Assembly: GCA_963805855.1 (NCBI GenBank) | Contig: CAWDVW010000005.1 | Span: forward strand, 1 to 64,000 | Direction: 5' to 3' | DNA length: 64,000 nt | Origin: Candidatus Dadabacteria bacterium | Lineage (GTDB): Bacteria; Desulfobacterota_D; UBA1144; Nemesobacterales; CSP1-2 | Part shown: one piece after another, positions 31,274 to 41,845 of the stretch | Layout of the letters: each line of letters starts with the position of its first letter | Numbering within the stretch: the stretch's first letter is position 1 | Position numbers and translations under genes: made by a program | The notes under the pieces: model-generated | Told to the model about the DNA's origin: nothing | Databases searched by the model: none | The model's input: the letters and a program-made list of their open reading frames with translations, nothing else

Positions 31274-33439
31274 ATGCAGGAATCAACAAAAAAAACCATC
31301 AAAGAAATAATTCGAGACCTTCCGCCATTGATAAGAGAAGAGCTTGATTATCTCGAGAAGAAAGTTCGTGAATATCAGGCCGGCATGCTAGGTGAGATTA
31401 AATTTCAAAAGATCCGTCTGCAAATGGGGACTTATGCTCAAAGGCAGAATGGCGTCCAAATGCAAAGAATCAAGATCCCTTATGGAGGGCTTACTTCTCA
31501 TCAACTTAGAAGATTGGCAGATGTGACCGAAAAATACGCTAGCGGGTTCATGCATCTAACCACCAGACAGGATGTGCAGATTTATTACGTAAAACTAGAC
31601 ACAGTTCCAAATATGATGAGGGAACTTGCTGATGCCGGTATTACAACACGTGAAGCCTGTGGAAATACTGTAAGGAATGTAACGGCATGTCACGAATCAG
31701 GTATTTCAGCAACAGAAACATTTGATGTAACACCTTATACCGACGCCTTTGTGCAGTTCATGTTAAGAAATCCGATCTGTCAGAATATGGGACGCAAATT
31801 TAAGGTAGCCTTCGAGGGTTGTTCCGATAAAGACCATGCCGGCGTCAGGATTCATGACCTCGGTTTTCGTGCCAGAGTAAAGGAAATTGACGGACAGTTA
31901 AAGCGAGGATTTCAGCTTTATGTCGGGGGTGGTCTAGGAGCATCTCCATCCCTAGGACATCTTTGGAGTGACTTCATACCGGTTGAAGAAATGCTCCCGC
32001 TCTCAGCGTCCATCATACGAATCTTTGACCGTTACGGAGAACGAAAGGTTCGCATGAAAGCCCGCATGAAGTTTCTGATAAGGAAGCTGGGATTTGATGA
32101 GTTTCGGAAGCGTGTCGAAGAAGAAAGGGCTCAACTGAAAGTAGATCCATCGTGGAATGATTATCTCAAGACAATTGATGAACACGAAAAAGCCCCGGAT
32201 AGATTTACGGATATACCCCCAGCATCGGAGGGAATCGAAAGCAACCCGGGTTACATAAAATGGGAAGAATCTTGCGTAGTACCCCACAGGGAAGATGGAT
32301 ATAGGATGGTGCATGTAAGAATAAAGCTAGGGGATATTGAATCTGAAAGAGCACGAAGGTTGGCAGATATAACCGAGATATTCTCCGGCGGGGAAATTCG
32401 TATTACGATTCAGCAAAACTTTGTCTTACGCTGGGTACCCGAGGATTGCCTACCGTCGCTTTATGCTGCCCTGAGGGAGGCAGATTTAACTTATCTGGGA
32501 GCCGATACCTTTGAGGATATAACTGCTTGCCCCGGCGCAGACACTTGCCGGCTGGGTATAACATCGGCGAAAGGACTCGCCACAAGGCTAAGCGACGGAA
32601 TGTCAAACGGTCTATCGGAATACAAGGAAATGGCAAAGGACTTGAAGATTAAGATATCCGGATGCCCAAATTCCTGTGCACAACATGTATCTGCAAATAT
32701 TGGTTTTCAGGGCGCATCCATAAATCATGAAGGGAGAACAGTTCCCGCAGAAATGGTTTGTGTAGGGGGCTCACTTTTAGGAGACGATACCCGGCTTGCC
32801 ATGCCGATCAGGAAGATTCCCACTCGGAATGCCCCTAAGGTGGTAAAAAAGCTGCTGGATTTACACAGGGATGAAAAAGATGGTGACGAGGACTTTGACA
32901 TGGTTATGCAAAGACTGGGAGCCGATCGGATAAAGAAAGAACTTGATGAATTTACATCTATTCCATCTTTTGAAGAAGACCCCGCGTTCTATCAGGATTG
33001 GGGACACGAGGAAGAAAAATTCGAAGTTCAACAGGGGGTCAAAGGGGAATGCGCGGGCGCGACTGTTGAGGAAAAGATCCCGACCTTTAAAGATGCTGAA
33101 AAACATTTAGAGAAAGCGCGCGCCTTTTTACACCACGGTGAATTAAAATCATCAATAATAGAATCGTACCATGCATGTTCAGCTACTGCTCATGTACCCT
33201 TGTACACAAAATTGGTCGACCCATTTACCGATGAACAAACAATATGGGAGTTTGAGAACATGCTTGTACGCACTGGAGAAGCAGACAGTAAATGGATTGA
33301 TATTGGTGCGCGCCTGAAGGAAAAACTCAACGTGGAACCCACAAAAGAAATCGCCGAGGAACTGTTGGCTGTAGCAAACGACATGCATGTGGAATGCCAA
33401 CAAATTAAGATGAATCTTACTCAGGCTAGAAAAACTTAG
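31274..33439 (+). CDS. Ferredoxin-type siroheme sulfite/nitrite reductase with C-terminal helical extension
   Basis: MQRIKIPYG, HLTTRQDVQ, EACGNTVRN, RKFK, ACPGADTC, SGCPNSC. Confidence 0.92.
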   Translation: MQESTKKTIKEIIRDLPPLIREELDYLEKKVREYQAGMLGEIKFQKIRLQMGTYAQRQNGVQMQRIKIPYGGLTSHQLRRLADVTEKYASGFMHLTTRQDVQIYYVKLDTVPNMMRELADAGITTREACGNTVRNVTACHESGISATETFDVTPYTDAFVQFMLRNPICQNMGRKFKVAFEGCSDKDHAGVRIHDLGFRARVKEIDGQLKRGFQLYVGGGLGASPSLGHLWSDFIPVEEMLPLSASIIRIFDRYGERKVRMKARMKFLIRKLGFDEFRKRVEEERAQLKVDPSWNDYLKTIDEHEKAPDRFTDIPPASEGIESNPGYIKWEESCVVPHREDGYRMVHVRIKLGDIESERARRLADITEIFSGGEIRITIQQNFVLRWVPEDCLPSLYAALREADLTYLGADTFEDITACPGADTCRLGITSAKGLATRLSDGMSNGLSEYKEMAKDLKIKISGCPNSCAQHVSANIGFQGASINHEGRTVPAEMVCVGGSLLGDDTRLAMPIRKIPTRNAPKVVKKLLDLHRDEKDGDEDFDMVMQRLGADRIKKELDEFTSIPSFEEDPAFYQDWGHEEEKFEVQQGVKGECAGATVEEKIPTFKDAEKHLEKARAFLHHGELKSSIIESYHACSATAHVPLYTKLVDPFTDEQTIWEFENMLVRTGEADSKWIDIGARLKEKLNVEPTKEIAEELLAVANDMHVECQQIKMNLTQARKT

Positions 33440-33558
33440 CAGATTCAAAATCTAATAAAGAATCAATTACATATTTCCCCACTAATTGTTGTGTCAGGGC
33501 TCTGATTTGGACAACTGGACAAATTAGGATGATTCACGAAGAGACTAGCTGCTTCGAA

Positions 33559-36066
33559 TTAAAAAAATGATTCCAGCTTTTCCAGTACTTCATTGGTTTT
33601 CCCGATGATTTTATCACATTTCGGCAAGGATTCCAGAAAGAACCTCCCATAAGGCCTTGTAATAATCCTTCTATCTAAAACCAGCACAGCGCCTTTATCG
33701 ACCCTAGATCTTATAAGCCGCCCAAAACCCTGTTTGAATTTTAATACTGCAACCGGAACAGTGTATTCTAAGAACGAATCAATCCCCTGCCTTTCCATAT
33801 ATTCAACTCTAGCTTCTATAATAGGATCTGTTGGAACCCTGAATGGCAGCCTGGTAATAATAACCAGCCTTAGAGCTGCTCCCGGGACATCTACTCCTTC
33901 CCAAAAACTATCGGTTGCAAAAAGAACAGAATTGACTTCTTTTCTAAACTTATCGAGAAGTCTGGCCCGCGGAAGGCTTCCCTGCTTTAATGGAACAAGC
34001 CCAAGACGCTCAAGTCTTTCACCTATTTCCTTATAAACCAATTCGAGAAGAGAATATGATGTAAAGAGAATAAGAGCATCACCACCAGATGCTTTAACTG
34101 CATCGAAAATCACGGGCGAGACCTTTAAAGAGTGTTGAATATCCGTTGGCTCCGGCATATCATTGGGTATCGCGAGCAGAGCCTGTTGTTCATAATCAAA
34201 GGAAGAAGGCAATATATGCTCCGTAACCCTGTTGTTATCAGTTAAACCAACCCCCGATTTTAGAAAATTAAAATTGGCTCTCACAGCCATCGTAGCAGAA
34301 GTCATCACTATCGTACTACAGCTCGAATATAGCCTTTCCCGTAAATGTGGTGATATATCAAGTGGTGAAAGACCAATACCAGAAAGGATTCCCCCTTTTC
34401 CAACCCTACCCTCAATCCATCTTATATAGCCATCATCCTCTCGATCCAGGAAAGAATCGATGACCTGGGAGAAGTAATTGACTCTATTCCCAACACCTTT
34501 AAATTCTACAAGGATCTTCGCGACATCGGTTTCGGATTCAAACTCAATGAGAACATCCATGAAGTCTCTGATTTCATCACCCAATTCACGAAGTTTCACA
34601 CTCAGAATAGAAAATTTCTTGTGAATTTCTTCCCACCCCGCTGTCTCAAATATATCTTCTGTAATTCTTAATTTTATCTCAATTTTGGAACCCTCCTTTG
34701 CCTCAACAATCGGAAGTGAAAAATAATAAAGCTCGTCAAACGTATTTAGTACAAGTTCTTCAACCATATCTACCTGCGGTGAAAGCCTTGCTTCTACTCT
34801 TCGAAGGACCTTATTGAGTATTCCTTGCTTAAAAAATTTCCTGAGCCTTGTTGTAAGATTAGCAGTGTAGAAGATCAATCCTTTTATCTCACCGCTACTT
34901 CCCTTCCTCTTTAACCTTCTCAATGCCCTTATAATCCCAAATTTTGTCGCCCTCATTCCAAAATGTGACGTAGCGGCATCTACAATATGATGGGCCTCAT
35001 CAAATACAATATTCTTATACGGGGGTAGGATTCCAGCTTCATTTTCCTCACTTGCCCCTTTTATTGCCAAATCGGAAAAAACAAGGTGATGGTTTGCAAC
35101 TATAATCTGAGACGATGCAACATCTCTCCTCGCCTTATAAAAAAAGCAATTTGAGTAGTGGGGACACCTCACACGTAAACAGCTATCACTCTCTGCCGAA
35201 ACCTTGTCCCAGACAGCCTCAGGAGGGGTAAAATTTAAATCCGATAATGAGCCGTCCTTCGTAAACTTTGACCAGTCAAGGATGTTGCTTAGGATTTTGA
35301 TTTCTTCGTCTTCGGCAAATTCGAACAGGCCCTCCCCAACAGTATCAGCCCTCAGAAGACACAGGTAATTCCCCATACCTTTCACAAGAGAATGTTTGAA
35401 CTCCTGATCTAAACTACTGTGAACAAGTGGGATGTCTTTCTCGGAAAGCTGCTCCTGAAGGTTAATAGTATTGGTGGAGATAACAACCCTCTCGCCATTC
35501 AGAAGAGACCAATAAATAGAAGGTATCAAATAAGAAAGCGTTTTGCCCGTGCCCGTTCCGGCTTCGATTATCGATACCATATTCTCATTAAACGCGTTTG
35601 AGACCGCTTCGAGCATGGCTATCTGTTCTTCACGCCTTTCATAATTTGCACCCAGACCCTCGGCAACTTTACCCTTAGGCATTAGTAGTCGTTTGATACC
35701 CTCAGAGTCCAGCAGCTTTATCTCGACTTCCTTAAAACGTTCAACGACAACATAAACCCTCGAAGCATCATTATTAGCTATATAGAACCCGACACCGTGA
35801 TTTCCGAAAACAGAGGCCATTTGTATATCTTGATCCGAGGGAGTTAAATTTCCAGATGGATGATTGTGGATTACGACTTCACCCGATCTAGCAGAGTCGA
35901 TTACAGCGGGAACAGAATAATTATTCCCCCGCGCGATCACTCTCATATTCTCTATGACGTCGCCATCCCCAAATGAGGCAACAAAAAACACCTCATTTCC
36001 ATCCGCTTCCTTAACAACCTCTACAAATTCCTTCCTGGCATTTTTTGAAAAGATATCTAACTTCAC
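33559..36066 (-). CDS. DinG/YoaA-family helicase with N-terminal JAB (RadC-like) domain
   Basis: HNHPSGNLTPSDQD, EAGTGTGKT, Fe-S cysteines, DEAHH, FWEGVDVPG, QGFGRLIR. Start re-placed at GTG 36066 because the longer ORF runs antisense into tRNA-Ser. Confidence 0.9.
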   Translation of the reverse strand: MKLDIFSKNARKEFVEVVKEADGNEVFFVASFGDGDVIENMRVIARGNNYSVPAVIDSARSGEVVIHNHPSGNLTPSDQDIQMASVFGNHGVGFYIANNDASRVYVVVERFKEVEIKLLDSEGIKRLLMPKGKVAEGLGANYERREEQIAMLEAVSNAFNENMVSIIEAGTGTGKTLSYLIPSIYWSLLNGERVVISTNTINLQEQLSEKDIPLVHSSLDQEFKHSLVKGMGNYLCLLRADTVGEGLFEFAEDEEIKILSNILDWSKFTKDGSLSDLNFTPPEAVWDKVSAESDSCLRVRCPHYSNCFFYKARRDVASSQIIVANHHLVFSDLAIKGASEENEAGILPPYKNIVFDEAHHIVDAATSHFGMRATKFGIIRALRRLKRKGSSGEIKGLIFYTANLTTRLRKFFKQGILNKVLRRVEARLSPQVDMVEELVLNTFDELYYFSLPIVEAKEGSKIEIKLRITEDIFETAGWEEIHKKFSILSVKLRELGDEIRDFMDVLIEFESETDVAKILVEFKGVGNRVNYFSQVIDSFLDREDDGYIRWIEGRVGKGGILSGIGLSPLDISPHLRERLYSSCSTIVMTSATMAVRANFNFLKSGVGLTDNNRVTEHILPSSFDYEQQALLAIPNDMPEPTDIQHSLKVSPVIFDAVKASGGDALILFTSYSLLELVYKEIGERLERLGLVPLKQGSLPRARLLDKFRKEVNSVLFATDSFWEGVDVPGAALRLVIITRLPFRVPTDPIIEARVEYMERQGIDSFLEYTVPVAVLKFKQGFGRLIRSRVDKGAVLVLDRRIITRPYGRFFLESLPKCDKIIGKTNEVLEKLESFF

Positions 36067-36207
36067 AGCAAGAAAACTAACATACCAGTTGTTTTTTCCA
36101 ATAAAGGACCAGCTGCAGTCCGCCCCGGACCAGACGTCTCCGAGATTTTCCTCCTGTTTACTATAGAAAACGCAGGTAAAAAAGGGTAGTTTATCACCGT
36201 ACACCAT

Positions 36208-36296
36208 GGAGGGGTGGCCGAGTGGACGAAGGCGCCGGTCTCGAAAACCGGTAGGGTCTTTGTGGGCTCTCGTGGGTTCAAATCCCACCCCCTCCG
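36208..36296 (+). tRNA. tRNA-Ser(CGA)
   Basis: Acceptor GGAGGGG/CCCCTCC, anticodon arm CCGGT-CTCGAAA-ACCGG, long variable arm, GGTTCAAATCC; no encoded CCA. Confidence 0.95.
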
Positions 36297-36372
36297 TTTA
36301 TGCAACTTGAGATTAGAAATGCAAAGAAAAAGATTCGAGATTACTTCAAACAAGGTCATTTATTCCCAAACT

Positions 36373-36957
36373 ATGAATTATGTAGAAAAGGAAAAGATAT
36401 TTCTCTTGTTTAAGGGTGATCATTTAGATTCATTCATTGAATCTTCTTCTTATGCAAGCGAAAAGGGATTTAACCTTATTGGCATAAACATGAAAACACC
36501 CGGACTAAAGGACCACCTCAAATCTCTGAAAAAACACGGGCAAAGAAGGTTCGGAGTCTTTAACGTCCCATCAAAGAAGGAGGCAAGGATAGCAATTAAT
36601 GCGGGTGCATCGTTTATATTTGCCACCCATTGCGACAGAGGAATAATAAGAAGATGTAACAGAGAAACTGTATTTAATTCAATAGGATGTCTCACACCAA
36701 GCGAGTTAGCCGCGGCGAATGAATTCGGAGCAAAAACAATCAGCATATTCCCATGTAACAAAATGGGTGGAGTCAGTTGGTTTCTATTCCTCAGGGAAAT
36801 ATTTCCAAAATTAAGATTAATACCAACCGATAAGATGAATCCATCAGAGGCAAGCCAGTATCTAAGGAAAGGGGCATGCGCTGTAGCCCCTATTATCGAT
36901 TTGGACATGGTTCAAAATCCTAGAGGATTAATAGAAGATTTTAAAACAATTAAATAG
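36373..36957 (+). CDS. KDPG/KHG aldolase-fold protein, degenerate active site
   Basis: AINAGASFI, GCLTPSEL...GA, IFPC..MGG, FPKLRLIPT, YLRKGA. Start re-placed at ATG 36373. Confidence 0.7.
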   Translation: MNYVEKEKIFLLFKGDHLDSFIESSSYASEKGFNLIGINMKTPGLKDHLKSLKKHGQRRFGVFNVPSKKEARIAINAGASFIFATHCDRGIIRRCNRETVFNSIGCLTPSELAAANEFGAKTISIFPCNKMGGVSWFLFLREIFPKLRLIPTDKMNPSEASQYLRKGACAVAPIIDLDMVQNPRGLIEDFKTIK

Positions 36958-37082
36958 AAAAGCTACCGCTACAGCTGAAACATCGGTATCATCATCGAAC
37001 AATCAAATAGAAACCCATAAAATCAAGAAATTCGAAAATAATTAGGATATAATATCAGCTAAGAGGAGAACCAATTCAAACA

Positions 37083-37667
37083 ATGATACTCACTGATAGA
37101 AAGATAACGCACACAATTTCCTTTATGTTAATCATATGCCTTGGCATCTTTTTTATAAACTGCTCAAAATCATACGCGACCCGCGAGCTCGAGGAAAACA
37201 CCTTGGATATAGCAAGGAGATCGGAAGACATAGTAGTGGCAAGATGCGTATCAACTGAATCAAAGTGGAATGAACAAGGTTCCTTAATTTTCACATATGT
37301 GACATTTCAAGTGCAGGATACGGTTCAAGGTGAAAATACAGAGGATAATTTGACTCTAAGATTTTTAGGCGGACGCGTTGGGGATACAGTACAGACTGTA
37401 CCGGATATGCCGCAATTTTCCGAGAATGAAGAGGTAATGCTATTTCTCGGCCCAAAAAATAGATCTGGCTATCAAACTTTAAGTAGTATTCAAAACGGCG
37501 TGCTCAGGATCAAAACTGACTCCGAAACTGGTAACAAGTTAATAACAACACCTACCACTGGATTTCAAATATATAAGAGAAATACAGATGAACCCATGTC
37601 TACACCATACGGTAATGGAGTTTTGTTGGAAGACTTCAATTATAGTCTTAAGAAGGCAATTGATTGA
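37083..37667 (+). CDS. Secreted hypothetical protein (possible protease partner or pro-domain)
   Basis: Signal peptide, then RSEDIVVARCV...IFTYVTF...GGRVG...PQFSENEEVMLFL. Confidence 0.7.
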   Translation: MILTDRKITHTISFMLIICLGIFFINCSKSYATRELEENTLDIARRSEDIVVARCVSTESKWNEQGSLIFTYVTFQVQDTVQGENTEDNLTLRFLGGRVGDTVQTVPDMPQFSENEEVMLFLGPKNRSGYQTLSSIQNGVLRIKTDSETGNKLITTPTTGFQIYKRNTDEPMSTPYGNGVLLEDFNYSLKKAID

Positions 37668-37697
37668 CCAACCCGAAAGCATTGAAAAAGAGCCTCT

Positions 37698-38409
37698 ATG
37701 ACTAAAAGAAGAATAGTAACTGCGTGTCTTATAGCTGTCTATTTTCTGCCATGCATTGCATTTGGTTATCATATACTGAATAACCGAAATTCATCGGGCA
37801 ATTTCATTTTCCTTAAATGGAGAGATACACCCGTAAACCTACGACTCGATCCTGGAACTTTGGGAGGTGGAGATGGAAGAGATGTTGTAGAAGAAGCATG
37901 TGACACCTGGAACAACGTGCAAACCGCGGCAAGGCTCTGCGGAAATTTTTCCACCGTATCCGAAGACATTACGGTCGACAATTATGAATCACTAATATCT
38001 ACCGATGACGGTAACATTGATGTAATATTCGATGAAACAGGCGAGATACTAGCCGATTTAAATCTTTCTCCCAATTCGACTCTTGGAGTTGCTTCTGTCA
38101 CGAGCAACGCGGCAAATGGCGAAATACAGAATGTGCTTCTAGTCTTAAATGGGAGTTTACAAAGCAGCTTGGGTTCGGACCTGCTTTCGACAACAATCCA
38201 CGAGATGGGACATGGCTGGGGGCTAGCCCACATACCAATAGGGGGGATTAACACCGTGAGTCCGCCGTGCCGCCGGTGGGCTCGAACCGGTTGATCCCAT
38301 CGGAATTCCGACAATGTATCCTTTTAACATACCGACTAATGATGCGCTCGGAAGAACACTGGAAATTGATGATGAGATTGGAATATCCGTTAGATACCCG
38401 GCTAACTGA
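37698..38409 (+). CDS. Secreted matrixin-like metzincin protease with a frameshift at about 38260-38291
   Basis: Signal peptide and HEMGHGWGLAH. The Met-turn PTMYP and DDEIGISVRYP lie in the +1 frame, which ends at TGA 38407-38409. Confidence 0.8.
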
Positions 38410-38427
38410 TTAAGAACTCGATGAAGG

Positions 38428-38991
38428 TTGATTAAGTTGCTATACCAAAACAATTTTAGACACCCAATTATTCCATTATTGTTCAGTGCAATAATATTCA
38501 TTCTTTCTGTCTCATGCGATGGTGGAAGTGACGAGAGCGGCGGAAATGGATCAAACCCGGGTCCTGATATGAATCTCACGGAACCTTTATTTGATGGTGC
38601 CATTCAAGGGACCGTAACTTCCTCCCAGGGATTTCCGCTAGATGGGGTGCACGTGAGGGCTGTGAATGTAGACAATACAAACGTTCAGATTTCAGCATTT
38701 TCAGGCATCGGTCCAAACTTAACTATTCGAGATGGAGAATTCCGGATCGATGGAGTTCCAGCAGGGAACTACAGAATACTGATTGAAAAATTAGACGGGC
38801 GATCGCTCGCGTTCCAAGCACGTCGATATAGTGATTTTGTACAACAAAACAATTCTCCATTCATTTCCTTTCCCGACGAGTTTTTTAATGGAGCCGACGA
38901 ATCCGCTGATGACAATCCCAAAGATTCCGTGGAAATTACAGTACGTAACGGACAGACTACAGGAGGTATAGATATCATCACAAATGACTGA
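38428..38991 (+). CDS. Lipoprotein with carboxypeptidase-regulatory-like beta-sandwich
   Basis: Lipobox-like SVSC, then GAIQGTV...GVHVRA...GEFRIDGVPAGNYRILIEKLDG. Confidence 0.72.
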   Translation: MIKLLYQNNFRHPIIPLLFSAIIFILSVSCDGGSDESGGNGSNPGPDMNLTEPLFDGAIQGTVTSSQGFPLDGVHVRAVNVDNTNVQISAFSGIGPNLTIRDGEFRIDGVPAGNYRILIEKLDGRSLAFQARRYSDFVQQNNSPFISFPDEFFNGADESADDNPKDSVEITVRNGQTTGGIDIITND

Positions 38992-38997
38992 ACCTTC

Positions 38998-40905
38998 CTA
39001 AGCAACCAGATCGAGTGTGATCCTCCTTCTCTCCGTATCCGCCTCTTCAACCCTAACGTTTACCCTTTGCCCAATCTCAAACGGTCCTTTGCGACTTCTT
39101 TTTATTTTTTCTCTGGGCACAAACCCCTCAACGAAGACTTCCGTAAGCTCTACAAAAATCCCAAAAGGAAGGACACTCACTACAATACCTTTGAATTCTT
39201 TTCCAACGTGTGATTTCATCATGTTTGCGCTCTCTAGCTTTATAGCCTCTCTCTCAAGTTCGTCAGCATATCTCTCCTGCGTCGAACAGTGATTTGAAAT
39301 CCACTCCAGAGACTCAGTTGTGTACGGAATTTTCCTTCCACTGAGAATACAATCGATAAGTCTATGAACTACCAAATCAGGATAGCGCCTTATTGGCGAT
39401 GTAAAGTGTGTGTAATGCTTTAGCGCTAGACCAAAATGACCCCTGGCTGCTGTCGAATATAATGCTCGTTTTAAGGATCTGAGTATCAGCATATTTACTG
39501 CAATCTCCTCAGGTCTCCCTTTCGACTGCAGAATTACCCTTTGAATATCTTTAGCCTTAACGTTCCCGTCAAATTTAAGAATATAGCCTAGCTTTTTCAG
39601 ATCATCGGCAAGCTCCTTCAAAGAAATAATATCGGGAATATCATGTATACGATAAATAGAGGGCGTTTCCGAGTTGAATATATGCACAGCCACACTGGTG
39701 TTAGCAGCTATCATGAACTCCTCGATTATTCCATGCGCAATGTTCCTAGTAAGCTTTACTACATCGACGGTTCTTCCAAGCTCGTCTCGGATAAGCTCTG
39801 GTTCAGGTATATCGAAGTTAAGCTCACCATTTGAAATTCGCCGTTCCCTAACTCTTTCGTAAAGCTCTTTCATTAAATGGATACTTTGAACTATCTCTTT
39901 TTTTACACTTTTTTCAGCAGACTGATTGTTTAGCAAACCCGAAGCAAGTGAGTAGTTTAATCGTGCATGACTTCGTATTACACTTTTATAGATCTTGTAG
40001 TCCTTTATGTCACCACTGTTGTTGAAATGCATCTCTACGGTCTTAGCAAGTCTGTCTTCATGGGGAACAAGACTACACAAGTCATTTGAAAGTTTTTCGG
40101 GGAGCATCGGGATGACCATGTGCGGCATATAAATGCTGGTCCCTCGCTGTAGCGCATCGTTATCAATGCCGCTTCCAAGCGTTACGTAATTACTAACATC
40201 CGCTATGGACACCCAGAGTGTATATCCGTCGCCAACGCGTGAAATGCCTACTGCGTCATCGAAATCCTTTGCAGTATCATTATCAATTGTAAAGATGCAG
40301 CGGTCCCTCAAATCTACCCTTCCCCGCAAATACTCAAAACTAACTTCAGAAGGAATTTCTTCAGACTCGCGCAACGCTTCCGTTGAAAAACCGTTTGGGA
40401 TATTATTTTCTGCCGATAGCCCTTTGTACTCAACATCAAGCTTCCCGGCTTTGCCTAATACTTCAACAATATTGATTCTTGGAATATTTTCCTTAACTCT
40501 TCCTCCCTGAAGTCCAGCTATGACCAGACTACCACTCCTTATCCCTTTCACATCACCTAGCCTAACCGGAATCCTCGAACCGTTTGTATTCCGGGATAAT
40601 ATAATTCCCGTTTTCCCTGTTCTCATGAACTTTCCAATGATTTTCCCTTCATTTCGAACCCTCACGGGAGAAATCGATGTTTTTTCCTTTCCACTGTTGA
40701 CAACCCCTTCCGGAAGTACGTACCTTCCCCCTCGGATTCTAAAGAGCCTTCCCTCATTTACCATCTTTCTTAGAACCTTCTTAAATGTCCGCCTATTTTC
40801 TTTAGTCACATGAAGCCGCTTTGAAATCTCTCGTGCTCTCGAAGGTCGATACGAGGACCTCTTCATAAATTTCTCTATCTCTCTGGGACCCGGTACCTTA
40901 GTCAT
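38998..40905 (-). CDS. rnr: Ribonuclease R
   Basis: N-terminal HTH, FTIDNDTAKDFDDA, IEEFMIAAN, HYTHFTSPIRRYPDL, C-terminal S1. Confidence 0.93.
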   Translation of the reverse strand: MTKVPGPREIEKFMKRSSYRPSRAREISKRLHVTKENRRTFKKVLRKMVNEGRLFRIRGGRYVLPEGVVNSGKEKTSISPVRVRNEGKIIGKFMRTGKTGIILSRNTNGSRIPVRLGDVKGIRSGSLVIAGLQGGRVKENIPRINIVEVLGKAGKLDVEYKGLSAENNIPNGFSTEALRESEEIPSEVSFEYLRGRVDLRDRCIFTIDNDTAKDFDDAVGISRVGDGYTLWVSIADVSNYVTLGSGIDNDALQRGTSIYMPHMVIPMLPEKLSNDLCSLVPHEDRLAKTVEMHFNNSGDIKDYKIYKSVIRSHARLNYSLASGLLNNQSAEKSVKKEIVQSIHLMKELYERVRERRISNGELNFDIPEPELIRDELGRTVDVVKLTRNIAHGIIEEFMIAANTSVAVHIFNSETPSIYRIHDIPDIISLKELADDLKKLGYILKFDGNVKAKDIQRVILQSKGRPEEIAVNMLILRSLKRALYSTAARGHFGLALKHYTHFTSPIRRYPDLVVHRLIDCILSGRKIPYTTESLEWISNHCSTQERYADELEREAIKLESANMMKSHVGKEFKGIVVSVLPFGIFVELTEVFVEGFVPREKIKRSRKGPFEIGQRVNVRVEEADTERRRITLDLVA

Positions 40906-41845
40906 GGGATTTTAATACTGAATGAGATATAATTTATCTTCGATGTTTAATTATTTTGTCGAGACTTGGGAAATAACCAATTCTCTACTGTTATAAAAAC
41001 TTAGCAAATGAAACCCCCTGCGGCAAGCTACAGGGATTTTTCTAGTTAAATGAATGATAAATTGCCCAAATTACTTTGTCAATCGGTTTTGGTAATATTA
41101 AGCGGAAGAAACATTACAGACTTAAAGTATTAATTTAATATTTTAATCTTATATCGGTGGCAAGAAATTGCACATATCATGAGATAACCGCGTGTCATCA
41201 AAGGCACTTCGACTGGCCCGGTCCAGGCTCCAGCAGACCAATTTCCTGCTCTAAGTGAGAACAAAGATTGCCCCAATTCGGGTCAAAAAATTTCGCAATG
41301 TGTACATCTTACATCATTTGGGGACAGTATCCTAGATTTTAAATGGGCATTCAAAAAATTGCCAAAATCAATTCCGGAAGCGTTAAAAAAAGTGACAGTC
41401 ATTACTGTCATCTCGAAGGAACAAAGTGATTGAGAGAACTAATTAATTAAAGCTATAGATATCTCGCATTCGCTCGATACGCAAGCGTTTTTTGTCAGCC
41501 CTTGTCCTGAGCGATGTTGAAGGATTGTTTCTTTGTATCAAGACAAAGAAAATAAAAATTCAAACACTGGATCACAGATAATAACATTCGAGGATGACGG
41601 ATGAGTAAATTTCCTGGAAATTTATTATTTTTTTTAGGATCTTGTCCACGAAAGATCTAACATCTACAGCAATGACTTCGGCACAGATGCCATTGCTACG
41701 AAATGAGACATCGATCGTTCAGATGTTGACACTCCACAGCCTTTTGTACAGAGTATCGTCACGATAGATTTGAATTTTGGTTTTTTCTCAGATAGTATTC
41801 CCCGCTGACAAGTCCTAACGGTTAATACTGCTTGGAGGCCCATGC

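Noticed and set aside
36067-36372. N-terminal extensions of ORFs 33559-36288 and 36214-36957, and ORF 36063-36359
   Set aside because: They are read-throughs of tRNA-Ser; more plausible starts are at 36066 and 36373.
20585-36400. Integrated element at tRNA-Gly or tRNA-Ser
   Set aside because: No integrase and no duplicated tRNA 3' end were seen, and the flanks are housekeeping genes.
38241-38246. G6 run as the site of the metzincin frameshift or phase variation
   Set aside because: The +1 frame has a TGA at 38257-38259, so the shift must lie downstream of the run.
41158-41173. Possible sigma54 promoter TGGCAAGAAATTGCA
   Set aside because: The GG-to-GC spacing is 9 nt rather than the required 10.
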